This document shows positions 1-12,913 of a DNA stretch of 44,982 nucleotides, piece after piece. A program made the translations under genes and the position numbers. Source of the stretch: Hyphochytrium catenoides (lineage: Eukaryota > Protista > Hyphochytriomycota); contig FLMG01004533.1 of assembly GCA_900088475.1 (NCBI GenBank), positions 1 through 44,982 on the forward strand, written 5' to 3'. Under the pieces are notes generated by a model. It had not been told where the DNA came from. It ran no database searches and saw nothing but the letters and a program-made list of their open reading frames with translations. Within the stretch, counting starts at the first letter, position 1. Every line of letters begins with the position of its first letter.

Positions 1-1772
1 TGGCGAGCTCTGCGACAGGCTCGTCACGGCCAGTGCAGCTGCTCCTGAGCTGACGTGGGCTATGGAGGAGGAAGCTGGTAAATGGTACAATCAATCAACG
101 GACTCCTCTTCTTCTTCGTAGTAGTAAATAACCTCCGGCCCTTCTACTACTTGGACCACTTCTTCATCAAAAAGTGGTAGATAGTCCACCTTGTCAGCAG
201 TACCTCCTTCTGAGCCACCAATCCTAAAACGCCTCTGCGGTACGGCGTCAGATAATATGAAGACTGGAAAAGGGGAAGAAACGTTTGTCAAGGATGGTGG
301 CCCTCTTAGAGTATTATCTGGTGGTGGTGGTGGCGCTTATTGTTGTTGTATGCCGACACAGATCATCTTCATATATTCATCGTTACCAATGTTCACCAAG
401 AATAATGGAACCGCTGTTGAAAGCCATCATCATCATCTCTCCTCGTTCATTACTGACGAATGCCAGCATGTTGTTAATTTTTTTGGGGTGGTGATGAGGC
501 CTCCAGTGAAGTTACTTTAACCACCGCTTCCTTGTGGAGTCCGCCCCCCTAGTATGTTCATTGTTGATAATAATGAAGGTGCTATTCATGTCGCGTAATA
601 AAAAATGTTTCACTTAACACTCAGCTCAGCACTTTCCATATCGCCTGGGGTCGGTAAATGGATGATGGGACAGACAAAGGCGGAGATACAACGATTGCCT
701 ACTACCACGAACGAAAAAATTGATAAGTCAACCAGCACCGGTACAGCGACGCCCACGACGACATAGATAGCACGCACGCGTCATAGATAGCACGATACTT
801 CTTCATAGGCAGTGGAGCAAGTAGGTGCGGCAGCACCACCTCGCCGCGTGACCATCATGAGCAGTCTTATTTATTACTGCAGCGTATCTTGTTCGCATCA
901 AGCCTACGACAAAGGTAGTAAAGATTGCGCCAACCTGCCACTATGGCGGGAAAGGAAATGCTGCTAGTAGTAAAGAAGGCAGGCCTTTCACTAGCAGCCA
1001 AGCTAGCAGCAAGAAGAACGAAGATTACAGTGAGCAGGTGTGAAATTGAAGCCCAAGCTCCCAGCATCAACCATGATGATTTGTATGAGAGAACCAGATG
1101 TGAAGCTTTCGGAAGAGGGCCTACCTTTAGACGCTGTGGCGCAGATAGTTCAATAAATGTCTTCCCGAGCGGCATAGCCTTAGGAAGTGCGCAAGTTGGA
1201 GGAAGTGTGGGTGCTCACTGGCGGTGGGTAGGCAGCACATGAAAATGAAAAGCTGTTTGCCAGCGGTTGGGGAACGCTTCTGTGTCAACAGAACTTCCGT
1301 CTCCCAAAACCGCTAACGCAGATATCTCCACTTTCGAACTATGGTTAATACCTGTCGTCGTCCGATTCTGTGTCACACCCTCATGTACGTTATCCACCGC
1401 TGTGGCCCAGCTGGGGCTAGAGGTTACAGCTGCAAAGTCCTGCTGTTTCCAGATGATGGCCTCCATCTCCAGCTCACCGTGTCATTGAGGGCTTTTCAGC
1501 TGCAGCCTGAACTGAGCTCGAGGATTGCTGCTTCTTTCTTGCCATCTCCCGTCGATTGGTAGAAGTCCGAACCTCGATACACCTTCCTCCCATACAAAGT
1601 AAGCTGCTATGACTCCGGAGCATTCTCATTGGAGGTAGGTCATGGTTCAATGTATTGCCCAGCACTCCACAAGAGGTTTGGCGGCAGAGGGGCTTTCACT
1701 CGCAGTGGCGTGACCGCCTATCTATAAACCTTCTTTGGCCGTACTCTACCCAAATCACAAGCTTCCCCACAC

Positions 1773-3746
1773 ATGAGGAAGATGAAGCTCCACATTCGTA
1801 TAGGTCGCCAAGAGTGTCAAAGCCTTTTCGTATCAGTGCTATTACTCTGGCTGGCACTCTGCCATGGTAAGCCGCACGGAGCTTTCGATAGGTCATTTTC
1901 GTCAGAGTCATTAGACCGTCGCTTAGAAGCCACGGAACCGTCCGCTTCAGAGGATGACGTGCCCAGAATATCTGACATGGGTGTGGGCCAAGTGTTTGGT
2001 CTCATACTTTCAACGATTGGCCTGGCCATTGCAGCATCAGGAGGAATAGGGGGCGGGACCATCCTGGTTCCTGTCTTGGTGCTCATTTTTCACTTTCCGG
2101 CCAAATACGGAGCCTCAATATCCAACACCTGCATCTTTGGAGGAGCTATCGCCAACCTAGCTTTCAACATAAGACGACTGCATCCAGACACAGAAAGGCC
2201 CCTGATTGACTTTGACATTAGTATGATGATGATACCTATGACAATGCTTGGTGCGGTGATAGGGACAACTCTAGCGAAGACCCTTCCGGACTATATCCTA
2301 CAGATCCTTCTCGTCTTCTTGCTGTGGGTTGCAGCTATGAGGTTAGTGGCCGTTCAGAATCTACCTTGCAGAGGTATCGTCTAAGTTGCTGATCTTTCAT
2401 CTCTCCAGGACCCTAAAAAAGGCAATAGCTCTCTATAAGAAGGAGACAGCCCGACGAAGACCGTCAGGACCCAGTAATGAGCAAGGCCAAATGGTTGAAA
2501 CAGCTCGGCGACTGCGCTCTCCTGGCATATCGGTATATCAACCATTTTGTTGTAGTACTGTCCTTCATCTCCCCATCTAAACTTTATTATGCTGTCCTTG
2601 TAGCCGGCCTACCAGGAGCTCGACGAGGAAGTGGATGAGAATGGTGTAGACAAGCGGTCACCAGAACCAGAGCCAGAAGTGAAAGAGAAAGGACTGAAGA
2701 AGGATAGTTCCAAGAGCAAGGGCCAGCTCCTTGGTTCTGACAAGAGAACATCTCCCAGCAAGGAGGTGCCGGTTGACGCTGCTTCTCACTCCTCTACCTC
2801 TAGCCCTCCGCGGTTATTATCCTCTGACGAGGTTACCTTTGGGCCACCAGTGTCAGCTACGCTTCAAGCCATTATAGAAAAGGAGAGAGTAGTTCCTGTG
2901 CAGAAAATCTTTTTTATTTTCTGCTGCTTCTGTGGTAGGTCTTGATTCCAGATCTCTCCGTCTTACTAAATGTTCTGTACATGCTTCCCAGCCAATTTAC
3001 ACTTCGTCCCATGTCCTGCCCACGTCAGCTTGCCATCTCGTGCTTGCATATTGACTCACGCATATGTTTGCCAGGTATCCTGGTGATCACTATCCTGGGG
3101 TCTATAGTCGTTCCTACGTACAGCGTGGAGTATTGGGTTCTTACAGCTTCAGAGATTCCCTGGGTGGCAGCTTTTGTTACCACTGCTGGTTGGTGGCTCC
3201 GCAGAGAATATACCTTGAAGGAACAGCTGGGATACAGGTAATATCTCCATTCTGGAAATGTAGATCATTGAATGCAAGGATTCGGAAGCCATTGGCTGAT
3301 ATAGTTTCTGTCGCTTCAGATTTCTCAAGGGGGACGTGCACTGGACCAAGAGGAGAGTCATAACCTTTCCCCTCATCTGTTCTCTTGCTGGTGTAGTTGC
3401 AGGGCTCTTTGGAATTGGCGGCGGTGTCATAGTTGGACCGCTAATGATAGAGATGGACGTGCGACCAGAGGTAGCGGCAGCTACCAGTGCTTTCATGATC
3501 TTCTACACCTCAGCAACCGCAACAGTCAAATATGTGGCGTTTGGGCTTGCGCCGCTTGACTGGTCCCTTCTTTTCTTCTTCCTGGGTTTGGCAATCACTC
3601 TCATTGCCCAAATTTTTGTGACCCGGCTAGTACGCAGATCCGGCCGTGAGAGCATAATATGCTTCCTCATAGCCACGGGAATTCTGTTTGGTGCTATCAT
3701 GATGACATACTCTGCGGTGGTAAAGACGATTGATGCCCATAGCTAA
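1773..3746 (+). CDS. Sulfite exporter TauE/SafE (TSUP) family membrane protein, 5 exons
   Basis: Motifs 'AASGGIGGGTILVP', 'RPLIDFDISMMMIP' and 'GVVAGLFGIGGGVIVGPLMIEMDVRPEVAAATS'. GT-AG introns at 2342-2408, 2533-2603, 2935-3074 and 3238-3319 join the ORF pieces in frame. Confidence 0.9.
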
Positions 3747-4475
3747 GCTAAGAAGAGTTATGCGCTACACCTATTCGTCCCTGTATCCATTAAATATCAA
3801 ATAGCGCTTGTTTGGCCATTCAACTTGGTAGCCTACTAGAACTACTACTTTTCAGATGTGCAGTTGAGGCTCATCTCTGCTAGCTATGACGGGAGAAGGC
3901 GTAAGAGAAGGTAAAGGCCACCGTTCAATGGGCTCCCCGACATGGAGCGAGCGTAGTTACAAGGGTCTGGAGCTATCTGGCTTGATACCTCCAGAGTGCA
4001 GTGTCTTCCCACAAGCTCGCTTTCTCGCTTTCACCTGTTTCGACAATGTGGAAGATAGTGTAAGAACCCCCAAGACTTGAAGTGTCAGTATCTTAGATAG
4101 ATCCAGGCCTCGTTTTTAATAGAAAGGGCATCATTGGGTAAGTATTCGGGACTAGTACGTTCGAACTGATTTTGTAAGATCCTGAATCCTGATCTCCTCT
4201 CTATGTTGTTGACTTTGTGAGCTACACATCACGCGATCTTGGGGTCGGACGAAGGACGAAGGGCAATGAAGTATGATGATGAACGCCTTAGCGACAGAAC
4301 GACAGCGACAGAATGCGTCTGGACGTTCCTCATTCCTGTTTGCATTATCAAGTTCAGACCTGGCTTTATAATTGAAAGGCCATAGAGGCCTAGAGGACTT
4401 TCCATCGTGATAACGGAAAGTGCATAAAGCCTGAAGAGCCACTTTTATCTGCTAAAGATTACGCTTTGAAGCACC

Positions 4476-6501
4476 ATGACGGAAAGTGAGGTGTACCCTC
4501 TGCTCCCTGCAGCCTCGCAGGGAGCACATATCCAAGGCATGAGTGAATATAAAAAGCTCTACCAGCGCTCTCTTGACGACCCAGAGGGATTCTGGGCAGA
4601 GCAGGTAGTGTTTCCCTTCGATCAACCTGCGTCGATGGTCTCATAACTTTCTGACTGTTATTTCACGCCAGGCCAAGCTGATTACCTGGTTTCATCCTTT
4701 TGACAAGACACTACAAGGTGGCTTCAAAGAGGGCGATGTCGCGTGGTTTCTGAATGGCAAGCTGAATGTCTGCTACAACTGCGTGGACCGTCACGTGCCG
4801 GAACGAGGCGATCAGGTCGCGATTATATGGGAGGGTGACGAACCTGGCACCAACCGCCACATCACCTACAAGGAGTTGTTGGCTGAGGTTTCGAGGGTGG
4901 CGAACGCCATGAAAGCCTTGGGTGTGCGCAAGGGGGACACGGTTGCTATTTACATGCCTATGATGCCCGAATTAGTGTTTACGATGCTGGCCTGTACGCG
5001 AATTGGAGCTCCTCATAGCGTAGTCTTCGCGGGCTTCAGTGCCGAAGCTCTTCGAGACCGGATTATCGATGGCCATTCCAAATGGGTCTTCACAAGTGAT
5101 GAAGGTGTGAGAGGTGGCCGTGTTCTTGCCCTAAAAAAGACGGTTGACTCTGCTGTCAAGGGTCTGGATTTTGTGCAGAAGGTGGGCGTCTTTAAGCGGA
5201 CGGGCAATCCAGCAGTAGAGCTGACCGCTGGTCGAGACGTCGACATGAAGGAGTACGTAAAGAAACAGAGACCTTACTGTCCTTGTGAGTGGATGGACAG
5301 CGAAGATCTCCTCTTTATCCTCTATACCTCAGGATCTACTGGCAAGCCGAAGGGCGTGGTCCATACCACAGGAGGCTACCTGGTCTTTACCGCCCTTACC
5401 ACTAAATTGACCTTTGACCTTCGAGAAGGTGATATATACGCCTGCGTGGCTGACTGTGGCTGGATTACCGGGCATAGTTATATTCTTTACGGACCACTAG
5501 CCAACGGCACCACCACTGTCATGTTTGAGAGCACACCAACCTATCCTAATGCTAGCCGCTACTGGGACTTGGTGCAGCGCCATAAGATTACCCAGTTCTA
5601 TACGGCACCTACTGCAATCAGAGCATTGATGAGAAGCGGCACCAAGCCCCTGGAAGGATATGATCGAAGCTCACTGCGAATCTTGGGAACGGTAGGTGAG
5701 CCGATCAACCCGGAAGCATGGCGGTGGTATTACAATCACGTGGGAGAGAAGCGTTGTTACATTGCTGATACCTACTGGCAGACAGAAACTGGGGGTCATA
5801 TTGGAGTTGGTCTTCCTGGTGTGACTCCAATGAAGCCAGGATCTTGTTCGCTTCCATTCTTCGGCATTGAATTCGGTCTGATGGACGACAAGGGAGCGTT
5901 GGTGCAGGGGACTAACTCAGAAGGACGACTCTGTGTTCTTCGACCTTGGCCTGGAATGGCGCGGACGGTGTATGGTGACCATAAGCGATTTATGCTGGTC
6001 TATCTTCTTCCGTATCCAGGAGTTTACTTTACTGGGGATGGATGCAAAAGGGACAAAGATGGTTACTACTGGATCACGGGAAGAGTAGATGATGTCCTCA
6101 ACACTTCTGGACATCGCATTGGGACCGCAGAAATTGAGAGTGCCCTGGTCGCTCACCCTACCGTCAGCGAGGCTGCCGTCATCGGATTTCCTCACGCAGT
6201 TAAGGGAGAGGGCATTTGCTGCTATGTAACTCTAAGGGATGGCGTGGAGGAGTCTCCCCAGGTAGTGAACGAGCTCCGTTTGGCGGTCCGGGCGTCCATT
6301 GGAGCGTTTGCGACCCCGGATATAATAGTAGTGACCCCTGGTCTACCTAAGACTAGAAGTGGGAAGATCATGCGCCGAGTCCTTCGTAAGATTGCAGGTG
6401 GAGAGGAAGATCAACTTGGTGATGTGTCTACATTGGCCGATCCTAACGTCGTGAAGGAGATCATCGACCGCTTCGCGGCAGCTAAGGACCAGAAAAAATA
6501 A
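4476..6501 (+). CDS. ACS: AMP-forming acetyl-CoA synthetase, 2 exons (4476-4604, 4672-6501)
   Basis: Exon 1 MTESEVY...YKKLYQRSLDDPEGFWAEQ splices in frame to AKLITWF...WFLNGKLNVCYNCVDRH. AMP-binding motif YTSGSTGKPKG, DTYWQTETG, and C-terminal PKTRSGKIMRR are present. Confidence 0.97.
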
Positions 6502-7002
6502 CTCACCTTCACAGAGCTTAGTGTGCTAGGCACGAGGTGCGGGCTCCATAGGTAGTCAGCTATGGGGATTGCGAAGGCTAATGCTGGAGAAGGGCTTCAG
6601 AGACGATCTGAAGCGAGAGGACCAACCCAGTATCCAAAGCTCATCATCATCAAATGTCATTCAACATCAGAACGTTGTGATGAGCTCTTTCTTGCCCTTT
6701 CCCCAAACAGTAATCAGTGCCGTAGAATCAGATGTCGAATAGGGCAAGGCTAAATTGGTAATGAATAACGCCTTTGCAGTCCCTATCAAGAACTGGCACA
6801 GCTGGCGTCGGTTACTGTAACCAAAAAGTACACATCAGAAACAGTTTAGGTAGAACTATTTCCTCGGAGGCGTGGGAGTGGATGGCGTCCAAGTGCTGAG
6901 TGTCCCTCGACTGTCGCGTCGGCACCATTCGTGCTCTTCCAGCAGCGCCAGTAGCCCAGACGAAGCTTGACCTTGAGTCCTCATTGTCCTTGAAGCGACA
7001 CA

Positions 7003-10000
7003 ATGGCTTCGGATGATGAGCAGAAGGCAGGGGAGGAGGAGGAGGAGTTCACTAACCAGCCCTCCTCAAGGTCGCATGCTAGGCGCTCCAGCACCAGAGC
7101 CAGATCTGAAGACTCCAAGACGAGCGACCGCAACACCATGTCGAAACTTAATCCTGGAGACAAAGTGCGGTATAGCCATGATGAAGATGGTGGGGAGTGG
7201 GTGACAGGCACCATTGCCCGCCGGCATCGTGATGGGACCTACACAATCAACAATGACGACGGTGAAAAAGCCAAGAATGTGGCGCGAGCAAAAATACAGT
7301 TGGTAAAGGCAAAGTCGAAGTCGCCCTCGAAGGGAGACGAAGAGGAGGAAGAGGAGAAAAAAGCGGACGACGAGGAGAAGGTGGACGAGGAAGAAGACGG
7401 CGATGGAGCGATACGGAGAGGCTCCACAGTCGAAGTGTACGACAGCGGCCGCTGGCGTCTAGGTATGAGAATCATCCCAAATTTAACTCTTTCACTTCCA
7501 CTTTGATAACACTGTCAAACCCTTACTTCTCCCTGTCTCAACTTCATTCGGTATTTCTAACTCTACGTCGCCTTTCACTCCGTGACAGCCCTGGTAGAGA
7601 AACTTCGCAAGGACGACTCTATGCTAGTCACCTTCAAGGACGGGTTTGAAGACACAAAAAGGAAGGTTGATGGCATGCAAGTCCGCCTAGCCAGGCAGCT
7701 TGCGATAGGGGAATCTGTTCTAGCCCAAGATGAGAATCAGATGTGGCGCAGTGCAAGGATAGAGAAGGTAAGGTGATGGGCTGCTGATTTAGGTGATTAG
7801 ACCACAGAAAGCTATACATAGAGACAGGAGGAGGCCATTATAAGAAGAGAGGTACATCAGACAGAGGAATCCTCTCTGTCCAAGACAATGTGGGAGGAGT
7901 ACGACTGACAGAGAATGATCAGCAGAGAGGGAAAGACCGACTTGAGAGGTTGGAAAAGGGAGCATGTGAACCTATATCCAGAACCTCAGCTGAGCTAACT
8001 CTCATTTTTGTTAGCGGAGAAGCCCTGACGCATACGACATCCTCTACTTGGACACCAACGAAAGAGAGAGGAAGGTTCCCCGTTATCGCCTTCGGGAGTC
8101 TTTCTTCGCAGCTTGCTGCGGTGATCTCTGCAGCTCGATCTCCAAATGCTTTGAGTTTCCTAGTCCCATCTATCAGCCAGGACAGATAGTGGAAGTTCTC
8201 AGTCAGGAGACAAGACAATGGAGACCAGCAAAGATCGTGAAGCGGAGGGAAAAAGATAATACATACGATGTGAGCTTTAACGCTCAAGGCAGACAAGCAG
8301 CTGGGATGACCAGCGAGAGTGGAGATGAGGAGGAAAAAAAGGAGGAGGAGAGAGACACGAGAACAGAGGCACGGGTCCCGGCGACCAGAATTCGCCTGCG
8401 TCCGTTGTTACTCCAGCTATTTGATGCATTCTCCTCACTGAATTGCTGTTCATGCGACTTCAACTTTGGTGAGGAAACTAATGACTTACCTACCAGAGGG
8501 GCCAACTCTGATGTGAGAGAGTGAGAGAGAGAAGTGCAGGAGCTAGTAGTAGAATGAAAGGATGAGTGGGGCGTGCAGTCATCTTTTCAGTTTTTTGTTG
8601 ACTCTCACTATTTTTCTATCCAATTCCTCTTTTTTCTTTTGTCTCTCTAGTATGCCCAGTCTGGAGTAGGTACAAGGAGCTAGACCCCATCCAGTACCGA
8701 GATATAGAGGGGAGATGGCATGATGCCGTTATTGGCAAGGTAGCCTTTTCTCTATTTGCTTGCTGTCTTTGTTGAGTCTGCTCGTTCCTGGGCCGATGTC
8801 GTCTGCTGGTCTCCTCCTAGAATCCTCTCCTCATCCTGTCTGTTCCCTGATTCTCTTGTTCCTGACTCTCTTGTTTGATTGAGCTAATAGCATCAACCAT
8901 AGGTTCGCGAAAACAACCAGTACGACGTGAAGTATAATTGGGACGAGGTAGAGAGGAAGGTTGATAGTAGCAGACTCAGGATGAGAATCCGGCCTCCAGC
9001 GGTTCCTGGTAAGTACTGTTAGTCTTTGATTATACCGTGCAGCTTGACTAAGTGCCATCGTTGCTACTTAGAGGGCGCACTGGTGGACGTCGCTCAAGAC
9101 GGAAAGCCAGGAACGTTTCTGGAAGCCAAAGTCACACGCGTGCATCTCAGTGGTGACTACTACGACGTATCTTATGCTTCTGGGAAGAAGGAGCAGAGAG
9201 TGCCTCAGGCCCGGGTCTGCTCGAAGACCAGGCGATACAGACCAGGAATGAAGGTAACTGAACGTCGAGATAGTTTTTTGGCAGTGTGCTCTCTATGTGC
9301 TGGCTCTCTTTACATCACGTATATTTACTACTCTATCTTCACGTCCACATCTACAATGGTCTTTCTTATCTTCGCTGCAGGTTGCTGTGGAGGTGCCCGA
9401 TGGCAAGGGCGGCGCCTCAGTTAAAGAGGCTGAGATCATTTGGGTCCACAGCAACGGAGCACTGTCAGTGGAAACCCAGGATGGCGCTCGTCTGCTGAAT
9501 TTAAGTCCTACCAGCATAGTAACGTCTCAGCACCATCGTTCTTCCCTCACAGACTTCGAGGCCATGACTCTGGGTCTAAACTACGTGATAGAGTTGGCTG
9601 TCTATCTTATCTTCCTCTATATCTCCATAGTGCAGCTTGACGCAGGATGGAGCTTCATGCACTACGCAACCTCTATCTCTGATCTTGGCTCCCTGGGCCT
9701 GCTCTTCACAAAAAACGAGAATATGCAAGCGAACAGCTCGTCAACAGCTTTTAGCAACTTGCCGCTGCTGACCGATGAGTTGTGGCTTGGCTCTTCTCTG
9801 GCCATCCTCTGTCTCTTAGCTGTTTTCCTAATGGTTGCGTCAACTATCTACTTCTACAAAGTGTATAGGAGCCTTGAGCGGAGGTGAGTTGTACCTCTTC
9901 AAAAACTGAACTCTATTAAAACAGCAGCTGTCAGCGCCGCTTTCTGTCGATTATTGGTGATGCTCCTCTTTCCCGCCGTCATTAAAGAAGCTTATACCTT

Positions 10001-11876
10001 TTTGGGTTATGTGGCTGCTCTGTTGACTTGAATTCATTCATGCAGAGAGGAACCGGAGCGTTTGAAGCCCTATGGACGATCTCGAATCTCCTTCTATGAT
10101 ATCTTCTCCGCTATCATGCTCTGCACGTGTTTGGTGGTGCTTATCAATGGCATCTGCTATGGATCCTTGTATAATAAGTTCTCTTCCAAGGAAACCAACC
10201 TCAGCACCAATGGTTCCTTTGACGACTTCCAAGTGGGTCGGGTAGCTTTTAAGGTTCGTGCTGCGCAACGTTCCTTCCATCTCCTCTTGCTTCTCGGTCA
10301 ATTAGTTTGCTTGGCCGGCCTCGGCAGACAGACAGATATCTCATTTACCTCTTCCATTTTTATGCCTGCCCGTTCCGGCTTCTCGTGCACATCTTCCGCA
10401 TGTTAGTCGCTCGCCATCATCTAAGCCTACCCCTTTTGTCTGCCAATCTTTCTTCATGTCCCTCTATCTCTTCAGTATAACCCCTTCCAGAACCGCGACA
10501 CACCTGCGTCCGTGATCGAGCTGCTGGGAATGAACCTCTCCAAGTGCTGCCTTTCCTTCTTTCTCCTCATGGCTCTGTACTTCAGTCTGGAGATAGCAGA
10601 GGACATCCTTTCTCGTATGCTCTGGTGCATTCCCAGCATTGCTCTTTCTATTTTGGTTTGTACGAAGACAGTGGCGTCGGTTCAGGTACTGCTCTCTGTC
10701 CAAAACATAACCATCACCCAGTCGAACTCTTATCAGATGACAGGAGCCATGGTAAGTTTCAAAAGTAGCTTCGACCAATGACAAAATGGAGATCCCACTT
10801 TACCAGAAGAGGGAGTCAAAGGATAAGAAAGCATGTCAAAGTGAGAGACATAAGTTGTAGATGCCATGTCAGTTAATTGGATCCGGAGATTAGTCGCCGA
10901 CACTAGCACCTCAATGTTCTCGTTGGCAACTCGCGGAGTTCCCTTTAGTTTTGACATTTACTGACAAGAGTTGCGACTTCGCTTCATGCTGCTTTCAGGA
11001 CAAAGCGGTGACACTCCTGTGCTTCACATGCTGGACTAGTGGGATCCTGATATATGCGATCAGACTCTCCAAGTACTTTCGAAACATGACAACAGCTTGT
11101 GCGCTCCGAGGTGAGGTTATACATAGAATTGCTCTCTTCCTGTCTTCGGAACTTTGATATGTGGCCTATCTTTAACCACGCGTCGTGTAAACGATTCATT
11201 TCCTTCCTCTATGTCATTAACTCTCAGGTGGAGACATAAGTAAGCCGTTGCTCAAGCAGGTAATAGCCACTTTTCCTTGGTCGTACAAATGTGGTCCATG
11301 ATCTGACTAATGTCGTTCCTTTTCATTGTTCTCTGGCCACGTCACTTGCTCCATTTACCTTACTTCCCCTCCCCTGGACGTGGGTAGGCCTTACAAGGAG
11401 AGCTAGGTAACGAAGCGAGAGAAGACGCTCTCAAGGAAGCGCAGGAGAAAATGATCCGAAACGCTGGTCAAGTTACCTTCATCTCCTTCTCAGTAGCCAA
11501 GTGGGCAGTTGTTCACATCCCACTGAGCATAGCGGCTATAGCTCTCAACAGCTCGATCAACTCTTGGGCGTCAGAGCAGTCTTCCACTATAAAGGCTAGC
11601 ACTTTTGACAGCCTCGAGCAATACCTGACAGTGGATATTGCTATCTCGGCAGGCTGTCTAGCGATGCTTGTGCTCTGTCTGCTTTACGTCCAGTACGTCC
11701 GCTGTTCGGACGTCTTCTACCAGGGTCTAGACATGTCTTTCCGTCCTCATAATGTGCAGGACGCCTTAGGTCTTTCTAAGGCCACAAAGCGGCGGCACTC
11801 TAATGATGCTGACGAGAGAGAGGAGAGAAGGAGCGACCTAGAAGAAGAAAAAGTGGAAGAGAAGGACAGCTCGTAG
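7003..11876 (+). CDS. Predicted 1022-aa protein with ~7 tandem Tudor/Agenet-like domains and ~8 C-terminal TM helices, 12 exons
   Basis: Exons 7003-7462, 7589-7767, 8015-8468, 8651-8739, 8903-9008, 9072-9253, 9381-9883, 10046-10232, 10476-10751, 10999-11110, 11228-11259 and 11388-11876 sum to 3069 nt with an open frame and all GT-AG junctions. A repeated pattern G-x-x-V...W..A.I......Y.V.Y....E..V....R precedes hydrophobic helices. Confidence 0.75.
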
Positions 11877-11904
11877 TAGGTCTATTGCCCATCTAACGAT
11901 TATG

Positions 11905-11922
11905 TATATATATATATATATA
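11905..11922. repeat. (TA)9 microsatellite just downstream of the stop codon
   Basis: Direct reading of the sequence. Confidence 0.9.
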
Positions 11923-12913
11923 TTAGGGCCATCTCGTGGTGACTCGATAGTGCATCCTCATAGCTCAACGACGACCAAACCTTCTTTTGCTATCAGCCGA
12001 CGGCTAGACTGTACAGAATATCCAGATGTTCTGTGCAACGAGAGAGTGAGAGAGGTGTATCAGAGCTCTGACTGGTCGAGGCAACTGGACAGAGCCTAGT
12101 CGAAAACAAGTTAAAGCGCAGGCCCGACGACAAAGAAGGTCAAGAGACGAGAAGACTTGGTCGCTAGATCTCATAACGACCAAGTGAAGAAAGGGGATAC
12201 CCTGAAGAAGAGAGAAAGGGAAGAAAGGGGAGAGAGGAGGAGGAGAGAGAGAGCTGAGAGTGAGGATGAGGAGGTAACGGTTCCCATCACTGCAGACCTC
12301 CCCTTGGAGCTCAGTGGTGATGTTGGTTGGTGGGCGGGGAAGGGTGGCAAGTGTTCTGATGCCAGTCGAACAAGGGAAACTGTTCATAGGTTTGATGTGT
12401 CTCTCAGGCTGTCTCCGGCCTGGCCCGCTTTGACGCTCCCTCTCTCTCCCTGTTCATTGCTTGTTGCGGCTGCTCTATCTCCGCAGCGCGCTTTCGCTCG
12501 TCCTCCCCTCTTCGGCTCTCTATCTTGGTAGAGTGCTGCCTTTCTCCTGTCCGTCGTCGTGGGCTTTCTTGCGCCTAAGTGGCTGTTCGTGGCTCTTTGC
12601 TTAACTGTGTCTACTCTTGGCCTTCTTTATTTGTCCTCCTCTCAGTGTTCGCAGTCCTTACAGTTCTGAGCGACGTTCCTGCTCTTGTCGCAGCTGTAAC
12701 CTCAGTCCTTAAAGCGTGGCATCCCTTGTCCAGAAGGTATCTGCACGGGAGACAGAGGAGATACTAAGGAAGGGACATAAAGAAGACGCCATATTCCTCT
12801 ACTCAAAAGGGAAGACATTGATAGCCTGGATATCGTAGTTTAAGGAGTGTCCGAGACTGTTCTCACAGAACAAGGATTGTTCTAGACTAAAGGACAGCCC
12901 GCTTACAGGAACG

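Noticed and set aside
1-1770. Short ORFs at the left end (e.g. 91-291, 867-1175, 1215-1466)
   Set aside because: No recognisable domains or coherent splice model.
12157-12660. GA-rich tract followed by CT-rich tract, with ORFs 12157-12531 and 12004-12387
   Set aside because: Low complexity explains both the apparent complementarity and the ORFs.
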